A DNA stretch of 64,000 bases from Dehalococcoidia bacterium (GCA_965248955.1 OZ252212.1:1105037-1169036), one strand, 5' to 3'. Positions 50,810 through 62,095 are shown, numbered from the stretch's first letter. Program-made: numbers and translations. The notes: generated by a model from the letters alone, not told the origin.

Positions 50810-50819
50810 AGTTTCAAGC

Positions 50820-52481
50820 ATGGGTAAACAACCCCTTAGAGTCATACCCCTCGGTGGATTAGGGGAGATAGGCAAAAACATGATGGCCTTGGAGTACGGC
50901 AAGGACATCATTGTCATCGATGCCGGCGTTCTCTTCCCTGAAGAGGACATGCTGGGAGTAGACTTGGTAATACCGAATATCTCCTACCTGGTTGAAAACA
51001 AGAACCGCATCCGCGGCATCTTCATCACCCACGGGCACGAGGACCACACCGGCGCATTACCCTACGTTCTCCGCGAATTGAACGTCCCTGTCTACGCTCC
51101 CCGCCTGGCCTACGGTCTGATCTCGGTGAAGCTTAAGGAACACAAGATCCTGAAAGAGGCCTCTCTCCATGAGATAAGACCAGACCAGCAGATCAAGGCG
51201 GGGGCGTTCCAGGTGCGGTTTTTCAGGGTCTGCCACAGCATTCCGGACGCCATGGGACTGGCCATCAAGACGCCCCTGGGGCTGGTTGTCCACACAGGTG
51301 ATTTCAAGATAGACCATACTCCCGCGGATGGGAAGCCAACTGACTTGGCGAATCTGGCCGAGCACTGCAAGGATGGCGCTTTCCTTCTCCTTTCAGACTC
51401 CACGTATGCCGACACGCCGGGTTATACGCCTTCAGAAATGGTGGTGGGAGAAGCCCTTGACCGCGCCATCCAACAGGCTAAGGGCAGGGTAATGATTGCC
51501 ACCTTTGCCTCTCTCATCACACGGATTCAGCAAGTGATAGATGCCTGTGCTAGGCATGGTAAGAAGATGACCGTAGTGGGCCGCAGCATGGTAAACAACG
51601 TCAAGATGGCCATGGACTTGGGCTATTTGAGCGACCCGGCCGGAGTCTTGGTGTCTCTTCAGGCCTTGCGCAAGTTGCCGCCGGAAAAAACGGTCATCAT
51701 CGCCACTGGCAGCCAGGGTGAGCCTACGTCGGCGCTGGTGCGCGTCGCCAATGGGGACCATCGCGACATCAAAGTGATGCCGGGCGATACGGTAGTGATC
51801 TCGGCTACGCCCATCCCTGGCAACGAGCTTGTCGTCAGCCGCACCATAGATAATCTCTACCGGCAGGGAGCACGCGTCCTCTACGACAAGGTGGCCGTGG
51901 TACACGTTCACGGACATGCCAGCCGGGAAGAGTTGAAGCTCATGCTGAACATTACCCGTCCCAAGTTCTTTGTTCCTATCCACGGTCAGTTCAGGCACCT
52001 GGTGGCCCACCGCGACCTGGCTCTGGAAGTGGGCGTTCAGCCTGAAAATGCCTTTGTGCTGGAAGACGGGAACGTCTTGGAGCTAACCGAGGAGGCAGGG
52101 CGCATTGCGGGAGATGTGACCGCCGGCCACATCTACGTGGATGGCTTGCAGCTTTGGGACATGAAGAGCGTTGTTCTCAGAGACCGCCGGGCATTGTCCC
52201 GCGACGGCATGGTGGTTGTAACCCTGGCCGTAGACAAGGCGACTGGACGCGTCCTGGGCCAGCCTGAGGCGGTTTCCAGCGGGTTTGTGGACCTGGAGGA
52301 CTACCCTGACCTGATGTCTCGCACCGCTGAGACCGCGCTTCGAGCGGTGGATAGGACCAACGGCGAACATCACCTTGACTTGGGGGCCATCACAGCCCAG
52401 GTGAAGGACTCCGTGGGGAGTTTCCTCTATGACGAGACAAGGCTCCGGCCACTGGTGATCCCCGTTCCGGTGGAGGTGTAG
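50820..52481 (+). CDS. rnj: Ribonuclease J
   Basis: Metallo-beta-lactamase motif HGHEDHTG. Beta-CASP and C-terminal domains. 553 aa. Confidence 0.9.
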   Translation: MGKQPLRVIPLGGLGEIGKNMMALEYGKDIIVIDAGVLFPEEDMLGVDLVIPNISYLVENKNRIRGIFITHGHEDHTGALPYVLRELNVPVYAPRLAYGLISVKLKEHKILKEASLHEIRPDQQIKAGAFQVRFFRVCHSIPDAMGLAIKTPLGLVVHTGDFKIDHTPADGKPTDLANLAEHCKDGAFLLLSDSTYADTPGYTPSEMVVGEALDRAIQQAKGRVMIATFASLITRIQQVIDACARHGKKMTVVGRSMVNNVKMAMDLGYLSDPAGVLVSLQALRKLPPEKTVIIATGSQGEPTSALVRVANGDHRDIKVMPGDTVVISATPIPGNELVVSRTIDNLYRQGARVLYDKVAVVHVHGHASREELKLMLNITRPKFFVPIHGQFRHLVAHRDLALEVGVQPENAFVLEDGNVLELTEEAGRIAGDVTAGHIYVDGLQLWDMKSVVLRDRRALSRDGMVVVTLAVDKATGRVLGQPEAVSSGFVDLEDYPDLMSRTAETALRAVDRTNGEHHLDLGAITAQVKDSVGSFLYDETRLRPLVIPVPVEV

Positions 52482-52491
52482 GGGTAAGGCC

Positions 52492-54822
52492 ATGGCAACG
52501 CTAAGCTCCAAGAGCAAAGGCAAGGCCAAGCAACAGACGTGGTGGGGCAGGCTTCTTGCCTTCTTCACCAGGAACTGGTATGGAAGGCTGATCATAGTCA
52601 GCGTCATATTAGTTGCTCTGGGGCTGGTATTCCGGAGCTACCTTGTCAACGATTTCTATCCCTGGGCTCGTGATGAAGTGCTTGGCGCAGTAGGATTGGG
52701 GGTATACTCCCTAACCCTGTGGGCACTGGCATTCCTGGGGGCCCTGCGCCTAAAGCCACGGATGGTATTGGACACCTGGCAATGGTGGATAGCCACAGCC
52801 CTTGTGGTAGTGGCGCTTCAAACCGCTCTGGGGTCGCTTCATGGTTCGGATGGTGTTGTCGCCGAGACAACGTTCGGTGGCGGCGCCGGCCGGTGGTTGT
52901 GGAACGAACCGTTGCGCGGCATTCCCCTGATTGCCGGTCTGCTGCTGCTATCAGCGATCATAGTTTGGCCCCGGAGTTTCTATAAAGCGGCAAGGGACGC
53001 CCTTAGATTTGTGGGCAGGAAGGTTCTTTCGCTAACCAGAGCTGCCTTAAAACAGATATGGAGAATTATCAAAGCGGCGCCACTGAAAATTTGGGGCAGG
53101 GTTCTGTTGCTTGTGCGCGGCCGCGACGGGTCTGTTAGGTCAAGAGCAGACGTGGCCGATCCCTTGCAGGATATGGTAGAGACAATAGACCCGGATGAAG
53201 AAGAGGATTACTTTGATGACGAGGAAGAGTTCCCGATAGTAGGGTCTCCCGCAATAGATGAAGAGGAGACAGAAGACGTGGAAGAACCTATCTCCAAAGA
53301 GGCTGTTACCGTCTCCCAGTGGAGGCCTCCGGGCACCGGTTTGCTTGATTACGGCGCTCCTGCCTCGGTGACCGAAGACGAGACGGAGGAAGTGGCCCGC
53401 AGGATAGAAAAGGCCCTCGCCGATCACGGTGTAGAGGTAGTTGTCAATCAGATCAAACCCGGCCCCACAGTCACGCTGTACGGCCTGACTCCCGGATGGA
53501 AACGCCGCCACCAGCAAGTCAGGGAAAAGGACGCCCATGGGAACGCCCTCAAGAATGAAAAGGGCAAACCCGTGGTCGGCCGCAAAGAGGAGCAGACCCG
53601 CGTAAGAGTGGACGCCATTGTTGCGCGGGAAAAGGACATGGCCTTGGCCCTGGCCGCGCCCAGTTTGCGCATACAGGCTCCCGTTCCCGGCGAGTCTGTG
53701 GTCGGAATCGAAGTACCCAACCGTGATCCGGTGCTGGTTGCTCTCCGCAACGTCTTGGAATCCAAAGAATTTCTTGCTGCGCACAGGAAGGGAGGCCTCA
53801 CCCTGGGCCTTGGACAGGGTTCTGGGGGGAATCCCGTTGTCGCCGACCTGAGAAGATTGCCCCATCTGCTCATTGCAGGCGCTACGGGCAGCGGTAAGAG
53901 CGTTTGCATGAATACGCTGATAGTCTCCCTGGCATGCAAGGTATCTCCTGAGAGGGTGCGTATGCTGCTTATAGACCCCAAGCGGGTTGAACTCACCCCG
54001 TACAACGGGCTTCCGCACCTCATGGCGCCCGTTGTGGTGGATACGGAAGAGTCGGTTAGGGCACTCAAGGGTGTCATGGGTGAGATGTTCCGCCGTTACA
54101 GACGCATGGAGGAGCTGGGTGTGCGCAATATAGAAGGCTACCACAGTCACCCGCAGGCACTGGAACCCATGCCATACCTGGTTATAGCGGTGGATGAGCT
54201 GGCCGACCTCATGATGGCGGCTTCCTATGAGGTGGAGCAGACCCTTACGCGCCTGGCGCAGCTGGGCCGGGCCACGGGCATACACCTCATTGTTGCCACG
54301 CAGCGGCCTTCAGTAAATGTAGTCACCGGCCTGATAAAGGCCAATTTCCCTAGCCGTGTCAGTTTTGCCGTTGTATCCCAGGTAGACTCCCGCACTATCC
54401 TGGATGCCGCCGGGGCCGAGAAGCTCCTTGGCAGGGGAGACATGCTCTTCCTTTCCGGAGATACTCCCAAACCGCAACGAGTACAAGGAGCGTACGTTTC
54501 AGACCGGGAAATTGAGCACCTCATGGAATCGTGGCGTGAGCAGAGCGGCCCCCAGCTGCCCGAGTTCAACCTGGAGCCTGAAGTGGTCGAGTCCAGCCCT
54601 GGCGACAACGGCTCAGGGAGGGGCGGGCCAAAGGACGACATGCTGGACAAGGCCATAGAGCTGACCAGTCGCTACTCGCATATCTCTACGTCGTTGCTTC
54701 AACGGCGCCTGCGTGTAGGCTACCCCAGAGCGGCGAGACTCATGGACCAGCTGGAAGACGAAGGCATTGTAGCTTCTGGCGAGCCGGGCAAATCGCGGGA
54801 GGTTGTCCGCCGCTCCGAGTGA
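52492..54822 (+). CDS. ftsK: DNA translocase FtsK/SpoIIIE
   Basis: N-terminal TM helices, an acidic linker, Walker A GATGSGKS, and a gamma wHTH domain (LLQRRLRVGYPRAARLMDQLE). Confidence 0.9.
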   Translation: MATLSSKSKGKAKQQTWWGRLLAFFTRNWYGRLIIVSVILVALGLVFRSYLVNDFYPWARDEVLGAVGLGVYSLTLWALAFLGALRLKPRMVLDTWQWWIATALVVVALQTALGSLHGSDGVVAETTFGGGAGRWLWNEPLRGIPLIAGLLLLSAIIVWPRSFYKAARDALRFVGRKVLSLTRAALKQIWRIIKAAPLKIWGRVLLLVRGRDGSVRSRADVADPLQDMVETIDPDEEEDYFDDEEEFPIVGSPAIDEEETEDVEEPISKEAVTVSQWRPPGTGLLDYGAPASVTEDETEEVARRIEKALADHGVEVVVNQIKPGPTVTLYGLTPGWKRRHQQVREKDAHGNALKNEKGKPVVGRKEEQTRVRVDAIVAREKDMALALAAPSLRIQAPVPGESVVGIEVPNRDPVLVALRNVLESKEFLAAHRKGGLTLGLGQGSGGNPVVADLRRLPHLLIAGATGSGKSVCMNTLIVSLACKVSPERVRMLLIDPKRVELTPYNGLPHLMAPVVVDTEESVRALKGVMGEMFRRYRRMEELGVRNIEGYHSHPQALEPMPYLVIAVDELADLMMAASYEVEQTLTRLAQLGRATGIHLIVATQRPSVNVVTGLIKANFPSRVSFAVVSQVDSRTILDAAGAEKLLGRGDMLFLSGDTPKPQRVQGAYVSDREIEHLMESWREQSGPQLPEFNLEPEVVESSPGDNGSGRGGPKDDMLDKAIELTSRYSHISTSLLQRRLRVGYPRAARLMDQLEDEGIVASGEPGKSREVVRRSE

Positions 54823-54828
54823 CCCCAC

Positions 54829-55029
54829 TTACGGAACATCTTGACGCATCCGGGCGCTGGGATGGTCCTCTGCTTTCGAAACGGGTAGACGCCCGGCTTC
54901 CTGAAGCGCCCTTCTCAGTAGGAACTCGATTTGCGCGTTGGCGCTGCGCAGATCATCGGCAGCCCACTTCTGGAGGGCGTCAAGCGTGTAGGCATCTAGC
55001 CGTAGTAGAAAAGCCTTCTTTTCAGCCAT
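54829..55029 (-). CDS. Arc/CopG-type ribbon-helix-helix DNA-binding protein
   Basis: 66 aa. KKAFLLRLDAYTLDALQKWAADDLRSANAQIEFLLRRAL fits the RHH pattern. Confidence 0.6.
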   Translation of the reverse strand: MAEKKAFLLRLDAYTLDALQKWAADDLRSANAQIEFLLRRALQEAGRLPVSKAEDHPSARMRQDVP

Positions 55030-55158
55030 ACCCAGACCGGTTAGTGGTAGAGAGTACCCGTGTCAAGACAGGCTGAGGATCGCGGTCTCCACAGAGGACA
55101 ACCATTAGGTTGCTGACTATGGGTCAAGTAATCTGAAGGCGGGCGCCGCTGACTGAGA

Positions 55159-55986
55159 TCAGCTCGCGGTGGTCGATGGAAGCTTGGGTAGAACGGCCTC
55201 CACTAGGCGGTCGTATTCGCCGGCCACCTGCTTGCTTTCCAGCACGGTGGGCTTCTTGCTAGTCATATACTCGGCCAGCAGTTGATGTCTACCCAGGAAG
55301 GCTAGGTCCATCTCTGTGGCGAGGTCTTCTCCGGCTCCTGAGCCGAATACACCGCCGGAGAGGTTTTCCAATACACCCAACACGTTCACGTTCATTTTCT
55401 TGATCATATTTATAGACCGCTTGGCGTCCAGCTTGGCCAGCGACTGAGGCGTAGTCACCACCACAAAGCCGTCCAACTGTAGCACCTGCATGATGGTGAG
55501 CGGAGCGTCTGAGGTGCCGGGAGGCAGGTCGACCACCAGGTAGTCGAGTTCACCCCAGTCGGTGTTCTGCAGGAACTGATTCAGGGCATTGTGGATCATT
55601 GGACCACGCCAGATGATGGCCTCCTCTTCGTTCTCCTGGAAAAAGGACATGGACATAACCTTTACGCCGTAAGCGTTGGGAGGTATGAACTGGCCGTTGT
55701 CCATGGCGGCGGGCTCTGTAGCGCCGATGACCCTTGCCGCGTTGGGGCAGTCTATGTCGGAATCCAACAATCCAACGGCGAAACCTTTGTTTGCCAGGGC
55801 AACCGCCAGGTTCACCGCTACGGTTGTCTTGCCCACGCCGCCCTTGCCGCTGTAAACGCCTAGCTTTACCTTGATGCGGCTCAGGCGGTCACCTATCTGG
55901 CGGCGTTGCTGCCAGGTACGTTTGATAGAGTCAAGGCGAGCCCGCTCCTGGGGGCTCATCTCGGGCAATTTGCGTTCTGCCGTCAT
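55159..55986 (-). CDS. Mrp/NBP35 (ApbC) family Fe-S cluster carrier ATPase
   Basis: Has the deviant Walker A SGKGGVGKTT. Confidence 0.85.
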   Translation of the reverse strand: MTAERKLPEMSPQERARLDSIKRTWQQRRQIGDRLSRIKVKLGVYSGKGGVGKTTVAVNLAVALANKGFAVGLLDSDIDCPNAARVIGATEPAAMDNGQFIPPNAYGVKVMSMSFFQENEEEAIIWRGPMIHNALNQFLQNTDWGELDYLVVDLPPGTSDAPLTIMQVLQLDGFVVVTTPQSLAKLDAKRSINMIKKMNVNVLGVLENLSGGVFGSGAGEDLATEMDLAFLGRHQLLAEYMTSKKPTVLESKQVAGEYDRLVEAVLPKLPSTTAS

Positions 55987-55989
55987 TGG

Positions 55990-56295
55990 CTAGATGCCCA
56001 GGAGGGCCTTGCCGTCTTCAGTGAGCATATCGGGCGTCCACGGCGGGTCGAAGACCATCTCCACCGTCACGTCCTCTAGGCCTTCCAGCTCAGAGACGGC
56101 CCACTCCGCCTGCTGTGCTATGTACGGCCCCATGCCACAGCCGGGGGCGGTCAGCGTCATCCGGACGTGTACTTCGTTGCCGTCGTTGACCGCTACTCCG
56201 TATATCAATCCAAGGTCAACCACGTTGACCGGGATCTCGGGGTCGTAGACTTCCTTAAGTTTCTCCAGAATTTCTTCTTTGGTTATGGTCGCCAT
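55990..56295 (-). CDS. DUF59 / SufT-like Fe-S assembly protein
   Basis: Contains EVYDPEIPVNVVDLGLIY and TLTAPGCGMGP. Confidence 0.8.
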   Translation of the reverse strand: MATITKEEILEKLKEVYDPEIPVNVVDLGLIYGVAVNDGNEVHVRMTLTAPGCGMGPYIAQQAEWAVSELEGLEDVTVEMVFDPPWTPDMLTEDGKALLGI

Positions 56296-56364
56296 TTTTT
56301 ACTCCTGTTCAGGATGAATCCAAGGCTTCAATGCAGGGATTGTATCCAATGTTGATTCACAGGG

Positions 56365-56625
56365 TCAAGTTTGGAGCTTCAGCCGTGGGTCTCCGGAGAC
56401 ATCCCATTGTTCGAGTTCCAGATAGCTCTGGCCGAGAACGGCGCGTCCTGCGATGCCGCCGAGCGGCCAGTCGAATATCACCAGCCAGAATGGGCCGCCG
56501 TCGTGCCCCTCGCCGGCGTTCTCTTTGTCAACGGATGCCGTGATCAGTCCGGTCCTGCCGTAGAGGAGTGATTGCCGGTCCGTGACCTTGACTCTGCTGC
56601 CCTGCTTTATGTCTTGCCCTGTCAT
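56365..56625 (-). CDS. Hypothetical small protein (possible SH3/KOW-like N-terminus)
   Basis: 86 aa. GGAG lies 5 nt upstream of the ATG. Same strand as the downstream DUF59/Mrp genes. No family recognised. Confidence 0.4.
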   Translation of the reverse strand: MTGQDIKQGSRVKVTDRQSLLYGRTGLITASVDKENAGEGHDGGPFWLVIFDWPLGGIAGRAVLGQSYLELEQWDVSGDPRLKLQT

Positions 56626-56805
56626 GAGTTGCTCCGGAAAACGTATTGGCCCTTAGCGTTCTGATGATACACGACTTTAAGGCTTTGATACAGGAGACGA
56701 TGTATTTAGGGACAGTTCAGAAAGGCTAACGGTCTGTTCCCACTCGCCCGTCCGGGTAGGTCCTTGGAATCTGGGGTGCCTTGCGAAGGTCATGAAAGGA
56801 GGCGC

Positions 56806-58509
56806 TCACCGAACTTGGCTCAGGATTGCTTTAACCGTCTCAACCGCGCTGTCTAACGGCGCCAGCGTTCCTTTTTCTTCCAGCCTGCCTTTGAGCTCTA
56901 TCGAGCCTTGCCGCAGGTTGCGTGGCGAAACCACCAAGCGCAGAGGAAGGCCCAACAGGTCGGCGTCATTGAACTTCACGCCCGCGGACTCTTCTCGATC
57001 ATCGTACAGTACCTCCAAGCCGGCATCTTGCAGCCTGCGGTAGAGGTGTTCCGCGGTCTTGTACACTTCGCTGTTTTCAGGATTGAGAGAAAGCAGGTGT
57101 ACCTGGTAAGGGGCTATGGGTGGTGGAAAAACTATCCCCTTATCGTCGTGGTTCTGCTCGATGGCGGCGGCCAGCAGGCGTCCCACGCCTATGCCGTAGC
57201 ACCCCATCACCATGGGATGCTGGTCGCCATGCTCGTCGAGGTAGCCAGCGCCGAGGCGTTCGGAGTAGAAGGTGCCCAGCTTGAAGATATGGCCCACCTC
57301 TATGCCGCGGATGGCTTCCAGGGTGGATTCGCATTTGGGACAGGTGTACCCCTCCTTGGCCAGCGCTATGTCCGCTACCAGTGTCGCGTGGAAGTCCCTG
57401 GGAAAATTGGCATTGCGGAAATGGTATCCGTCTCTGTTAGCGCCGACGACGAAGTTATTGCCGGTGTTGGCCGATTCATCTACCACAACCGTCACGTCTT
57501 TCAGGCCGATGGGTGACGCCGACCCGGCCACTATTCCTGCTTCGGCCACCTCTTCGTCTGACGCCATGCGCAGATCATGGGCTTTGAGGACGTTGTTCAG
57601 CTTGATCTCGTTGACGTCCAGATCGCCGCGAATTACCACGAACACCAAGCGGTCGCCGGCCATATAGAAGACGGCTTTCAGCGTCTTGCTTTGGGGCACG
57701 GCAAGAAGCTGCGCCAAATCCTCTATGGTCTTTGCTCCCGGAGTTGCTATCTCTTCCAAGGGGGCCTGGTCTTCATAAGGAAGGGGTTCCGGTTTGAAAC
57801 CGGCTCGTTCCACGTTGGCGGCATATCCGCAACCGGGGCAATGGAGAATCGTATCCTCGCCGGCCTCTGCGGGGAGAATGAACTCCTGTGAGTCCTTACC
57901 GCCGATGGCGCCACTATCCGCTTCCACCACTAAGGTGGGCAGGCCGCTCCGCTTGAATATGTTGCGATAGGCTTGGGACATCTTGGTGTAAGAGATTGCC
58001 AGTCCTTCTTCGTCGGCGTCGAAAGAGTAAGCGTCCTTCATGGCGAATTCACGGACACGCAGGAGTCCGGCGCGGGGACGCGGCTCGTCACGGAACTTGG
58101 TTTGGATCTGGTACAAGGTTAGGGGCAGATCCCGGTAGGAGCTGACGTTGGCTTTGACAATATTGGTAACGACCTCTTCATGGGTGGGGGCCAGCACAAG
58201 GTCGCGCTCCCGCCTATCGTGCAGTCGGAACAAGTTCTGGCCCAGGGCCGCGTCCCGGTCCGTTTTTTGCCATAGCTCCAGCGGCTGCAGGGTGGGCATG
58301 TGCACTTCCTGCGCCCCGGCTGCGTCCATCTCTTCACGGATAATCTGATCTATTTTCTTCAGAGAGCGGTACGCCAGAGGAAGGTAGGCGTAAACGCCCG
58401 CCGCCACCTGGTAGATGAGGCTTGCCCTCAGCATAAGCCGGTGGCTGGCGGTCTCAGCCTCCGCCGGGGCTTCTCGCAGTGTTTTGCCTAACGATTGGGA
58501 TACACGCAT
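56806..58509 (-). CDS. proS: Prolyl-tRNA synthetase (bacterial type with editing insertion)
   Basis: 567 aa. Class II aaRS motifs and an INS editing domain. Confidence 0.95.
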   Translation of the reverse strand: MRVSQSLGKTLREAPAEAETASHRLMLRASLIYQVAAGVYAYLPLAYRSLKKIDQIIREEMDAAGAQEVHMPTLQPLELWQKTDRDAALGQNLFRLHDRRERDLVLAPTHEEVVTNIVKANVSSYRDLPLTLYQIQTKFRDEPRPRAGLLRVREFAMKDAYSFDADEEGLAISYTKMSQAYRNIFKRSGLPTLVVEADSGAIGGKDSQEFILPAEAGEDTILHCPGCGYAANVERAGFKPEPLPYEDQAPLEEIATPGAKTIEDLAQLLAVPQSKTLKAVFYMAGDRLVFVVIRGDLDVNEIKLNNVLKAHDLRMASDEEVAEAGIVAGSASPIGLKDVTVVVDESANTGNNFVVGANRDGYHFRNANFPRDFHATLVADIALAKEGYTCPKCESTLEAIRGIEVGHIFKLGTFYSERLGAGYLDEHGDQHPMVMGCYGIGVGRLLAAAIEQNHDDKGIVFPPPIAPYQVHLLSLNPENSEVYKTAEHLYRRLQDAGLEVLYDDREESAGVKFNDADLLGLPLRLVVSPRNLRQGSIELKGRLEEKGTLAPLDSAVETVKAILSQVR

Positions 58510-58637
58510 TATTGGTCCTCTGGCCGTTATAGCAGTCTAGGTTATCAAAATGAGGGGTGCTATGCACGGACACGTGGGCATTACGGACACGGGGGCGTGC
58601 GAATCGGCCTGAACAGGTGCTGAATGCTTGAACGATT

Positions 58638-58681
58638 CACCAAACTGGACGAAATCGAGAGTCTTCACGGGGATGTTCTGG
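58638..58681 (+). repeat. Imperfect copy of the sequence that spans the 3' end of tRNA-Val and its trailer
   Basis: caccaaactggacgaaatcgagagtcttcacggggatgttctgg matches 62184-62227 at 34/44 positions (27 of the first 31). Confidence 0.6.
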
Positions 58682-59038
58682 TTGGAGGTGTAGCTAGACT
58701 GTTTCCACACGGGGATAGTAAGTCGCTGATGTGCCGCTGTTCTGACGGCTCTCACAGTGTCCCATTTTGCTGGTTGCCAACGCTTGCCCACAACGAGCGC
58801 CCCAGAGATGGCCGAATAGGAGCAGGCCGACAGAACTCAGCCCATTTATGAGAGACATTGGCAACGCCATCCTACGGGCCATTTACAGTGAGTGTTCCTG
58901 ACAAAACTGGCTGAAAGGCGTTGCCCTTGCTCATGAAAACAGGCGGCAATCTGTTAACATTAGAGTCACTCAGTTGATATGATGGGGCAGGTAGATTAGA
59001 TTCGGCTAGCACGGCTAGTCTGGACCATAGAATCCGGC

Positions 59039-60898
59039 ATGAGCTATCAACCGATTGAGAATTACGGAATCATTGGCAACATGCACACTGTTGCCCTGGT
59101 TGGGATGAACGGTTCGATCGACTGGTTCTGCATCCCCAGTTTCGACTCGCCCAGCATATTCGGCGCAATTCTGGATCAGGCCAAAGGCGGGCACTTCAAG
59201 ATTGCGCCCACGATGAGTGGTGTAACCCATAAGCAACTCTACTGGCCCCAGACCAACGTGCTGGTGACGCGATTCCTGTCCCCCGATGGCGTTGGTGAGG
59301 TTACAGACTTCATGCCAATGGAGGCCGATGAGGAACAGTATAAACACGAGCACAATGAGCTGGTGCGCCGCGTCAGCGTAGTGCGTGGCGTAATGCGCTT
59401 TCGAATAGAATGTTTCCCCGCCTTCGACTATGGCCGGGACTCCCATAAGGTAGTAGAAATCCCCAATTCGGGGGCCTACTTCGTCTCATCCAAAATCATG
59501 TTGCAGCTTTCCACCTCTGTGCCGCTGCACCGCAGCCCTGGCCCTCTAGGAGAGGGAATGATGGCGGAGTTTACCCTGCACGAGGGGCAGACCGTAGCCT
59601 TCGCCATCGGGGAGCTCTGCAACGAGTGTGGCGACTATCTTCCACCCTTCTCGGACACGGAAAGTCAGCGGATTTTTGAGGATACCGTCAACTACTGGCG
59701 CTCCTGGCTCGCAAGTTCCACCTACCGAGGCCGTTGGCGAGAGATAGTGGAGCGCTCGGCCTTGGTGCTGAAGCTCCTCACTTATAAGCCCACCGGCGCC
59801 ATTGTCGCCGCGCCAACGTGCAGCTTGCCTGAAGAGTTGGGGGGAGAACGCAACTGGGACTATCGCTACACGTGGATTAGAGACGCCGCCTTCACTCTCT
59901 ACGCCCTGCTGCGCATAGGGTTCACCGAGGAGGCGGGCCAGTTTATGAACTGGATCGAGGCCAGAGCCGCCGAGATAAACCCGGATGGCTCCCTACAGAT
60001 CATGTACGGCATAGATGGCCGTCACCTCCTGACGGAAGAGACCTTGGAGCACCTAGAGGGTCACCGTGGCTCTCGGCCGGTGCGTATCGGCAACAGTGCC
60101 TACTCTCAGCTGCAACTGGACATCTACGGCGAGTTGATGGACGCCGTTTACCTTTACAACAGGTACGGCCATCCTATTTCCAGAGATTTCTGGGTGCACC
60201 TGCGGAGGCTGATTAACTGGGTCTGCGACAATTGGCAGCGGCCCGACGAGGGCATTTGGGAGATGCGCAGCGTGCAGGACCATTACGTCTACTCCAAGCT
60301 TATGTGCTGGGTTGCCATAGACCGCGCCCTGCGCGTCGCCGATGCCCGTGCCTTTCCGGCGGACCGGGAAAGGTGGTACAAGACCCGAGACCGCATCTAC
60401 GAAGAGATTATGCAGCGGGGATGGAACAGCCGCCGCCGCGCCTTTGTCCAGGCTTACGAAAGCGAGCATCTAGACGCATCAAATCTGACAATGCCCTTGG
60501 TGTTCTTTATGGCCCCCACGGATCCCCGTATGCTTCAGACCCTGGATGCCATCAACCGCTCGCCGGAGAAGGGCGGACTGGTGTCCAATAGCCTTGTATA
60601 CCGCTACAACGTGAAGGTATCGCCCGACGGCCTCAGCGGTCAGGAGGGCACCTTCAATATCTGCACCTTCTGGTTGGTAGAGGCCCTCACCCGGGCCGGC
60701 CGCTCCGACCGGGCGCGCTTGGAACAGGCCCAACTTATGTTTGAGAAGATGCTTGGATACGCCAACCACGTGGGTCTCTACGCCGAGGAGACCGGCCATA
60801 GCGGCGAGAGCCTGGGCAACTTTCCTCAAGCCTTTACACACCTAGCCCTTATCAGTTCGGCCTTCAACCTGGATCGCGCCTTGGACGGGCTGTATTGA
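59039..60898 (+). CDS. Glycoside hydrolase family 15 (glucoamylase/trehalase-like)
   Basis: 619 aa. Has [17 protein letters not shown]...SIDWFC at the N-terminus and the [11 protein letters not shown] motif. Confidence 0.85.
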   Translation: MSYQPIENYGIIGNMHTVALVGMNGSIDWFCIPSFDSPSIFGAILDQAKGGHFKIAPTMSGVTHKQLYWPQTNVLVTRFLSPDGVGEVTDFMPMEADEEQYKHEHNELVRRVSVVRGVMRFRIECFPAFDYGRDSHKVVEIPNSGAYFVSSKIMLQLSTSVPLHRSPGPLGEGMMAEFTLHEGQTVAFAIGELCNECGDYLPPFSDTESQRIFEDTVNYWRSWLASSTYRGRWREIVERSALVLKLLTYKPTGAIVAAPTCSLPEELGGERNWDYRYTWIRDAAFTLYALLRIGFTEEAGQFMNWIEARAAEINPDGSLQIMYGIDGRHLLTEETLEHLEGHRGSRPVRIGNSAYSQLQLDIYGELMDAVYLYNRYGHPISRDFWVHLRRLINWVCDNWQRPDEGIWEMRSVQDHYVYSKLMCWVAIDRALRVADARAFPADRERWYKTRDRIYEEIMQRGWNSRRRAFVQAYESEHLDASNLTMPLVFFMAPTDPRMLQTLDAINRSPEKGGLVSNSLVYRYNVKVSPDGLSGQEGTFNICTFWLVEALTRAGRSDRARLEQAQLMFEKMLGYANHVGLYAEETGHSGESLGNFPQAFTHLALISSAFNLDRALDGLY

Positions 60899-61014
60899 GA
60901 GTAAAGATACTCCTGTCTCCCGCCGAGGACTTCCTTGGAGACGTAGACCCTACTTAGGTTCTCGCAATCTATTGCTGGGCACAGTGTGGGAAGGCACGGC
61001 CATGAGGGGAGGTT

Positions 61015-62028
61015 ATGGCAAGAGGACGCAGACCTTCGGGAAGAGCAGAGATGGCTGGAAGGCGACGGCAAATCACACGGTTGACGGGCTCTCGAGTCGT
61101 ACGCTGGGGGCTGCCTATCGTGCTGTTGTTCGTAGGCTTCTATTGTTATGTCTCCTATTCCATGGCATCGGGTGTGACCACGCTCGACAGAAGCGCATTG
61201 GATGGACATCCCAACGAATACGGGCTGCCCTATGAGAACGTGGCGTTCTCCCCGCGAGGCGACGAGTGGGATGACATTGTCTTGAGAGGCTGGATCATTG
61301 AGAAGGAGAGACTCGCAGGTCCCAGAGACGAGTTGACAGTAATACTGGTCCATGGTCTGAACAGAAACCGCACTGCAGACAACGCCCTGGCGTTGGCCAG
61401 AAGACTGTTTGACCGTGGCTTCAACGTGCTGTTGTTCGACATGAGAGGTCACGGGGAGTCGGACGGCGATCAGTTGTCCGCCGGATACTTTGAGAAGTGG
61501 GATGTTCTGGGCGCCTACGACTTCCTGGTGCAGAGAGGCGCGCCACCAGGAGGCATAGGTGTGTTGGGCTGGTCCTTAGGGGGAGCTACGGCTCTGCTGG
61601 CTGCCGCCGAGGAGCCCGCGATCAGGGGCGTGGTAGCGGACAGCTCCTTCGCTGACGTGCACGACCTGATCGCTCAGGAGACGGCTCGTGCCACGGTCTT
61701 TCCCCAGTGGACAGTACCGGCGTTCGTTCCGGGCATGAAAATCATTTCCCGCGTTCTGTACGGCATAGACGTGGGTGCGGTGGTGCCGGAGAAAGCGGCC
61801 GGAACTCTTGGCTATCCCATCCTGGTGATTCACGGCGGCGCGGACAGCCGTGTCCCTAAAGGGCAGAGCATTCGCATACACGCCTCCGCTCCAACGGGCA
61901 GCGAGCTTTGGCTGGCCCCGGGCTCCGACCACGCCGACGCCGTGCTTGACGCGCCAGACGAGTACGTGGAACGGGTTGACGCCTACTTTCGCAGCCGACT
62001 CGCCGACAACGCGCCGGGATTGTGGTGA
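61015..62028 (+). CDS. Alpha/beta hydrolase with N-terminal membrane anchor
   Basis: Nucleophile elbow GWSLGG, with the HG oxyanion motif upstream and Asp/His downstream (HGGADSRV, DHAD). The start is uncertain. Confidence 0.75.
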   Translation: MARGRRPSGRAEMAGRRRQITRLTGSRVVRWGLPIVLLFVGFYCYVSYSMASGVTTLDRSALDGHPNEYGLPYENVAFSPRGDEWDDIVLRGWIIEKERLAGPRDELTVILVHGLNRNRTADNALALARRLFDRGFNVLLFDMRGHGESDGDQLSAGYFEKWDVLGAYDFLVQRGAPPGGIGVLGWSLGGATALLAAAEEPAIRGVVADSSFADVHDLIAQETARATVFPQWTVPAFVPGMKIISRVLYGIDVGAVVPEKAAGTLGYPILVIHGGADSRVPKGQSIRIHASAPTGSELWLAPGSDHADAVLDAPDEYVERVDAYFRSRLADNAPGLW

Positions 62029-62066
62029 GAACGCCCATTGCGACGGTCGTAGCGGCGACGCGGTCA

Positions 62067-62095
62067 TTGCCAAGCCGGTAGTGCAATACTATACT
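62067..62095 (+). promoter_or_regulatory. Candidate promoter for tRNA-Val
   Basis: TTGCCA-N17-TATACT. The -10 element ends 16 nt before the tRNA 5' end. Confidence 0.45.

Noticed and set aside
53140-54285. 381-aa minus-strand ORF
   Set aside because: It is entirely antisense to the well-supported ftsK motor domain. The sequence is low-complexity and Arg/Gly/His-rich, typical of shadow ORFs in GC-rich DNA.
55030-55158. tRNA-like string GGTTAGTGGTAGAG in the RHH-mrp spacer
   Set aside because: It cannot be folded into a cloverleaf. There is no T-loop (TTCRANY), and the only stem (AGACCG/CGGTCT) encloses too few nucleotides.
58566-58591. Direct repeat ACGGACACG x2 (17 nt apart) about 60 nt upstream of proS
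   Set aside because: It is short and could arise by chance in GC-rich DNA. I found no supporting context such as a T-box or known operator.
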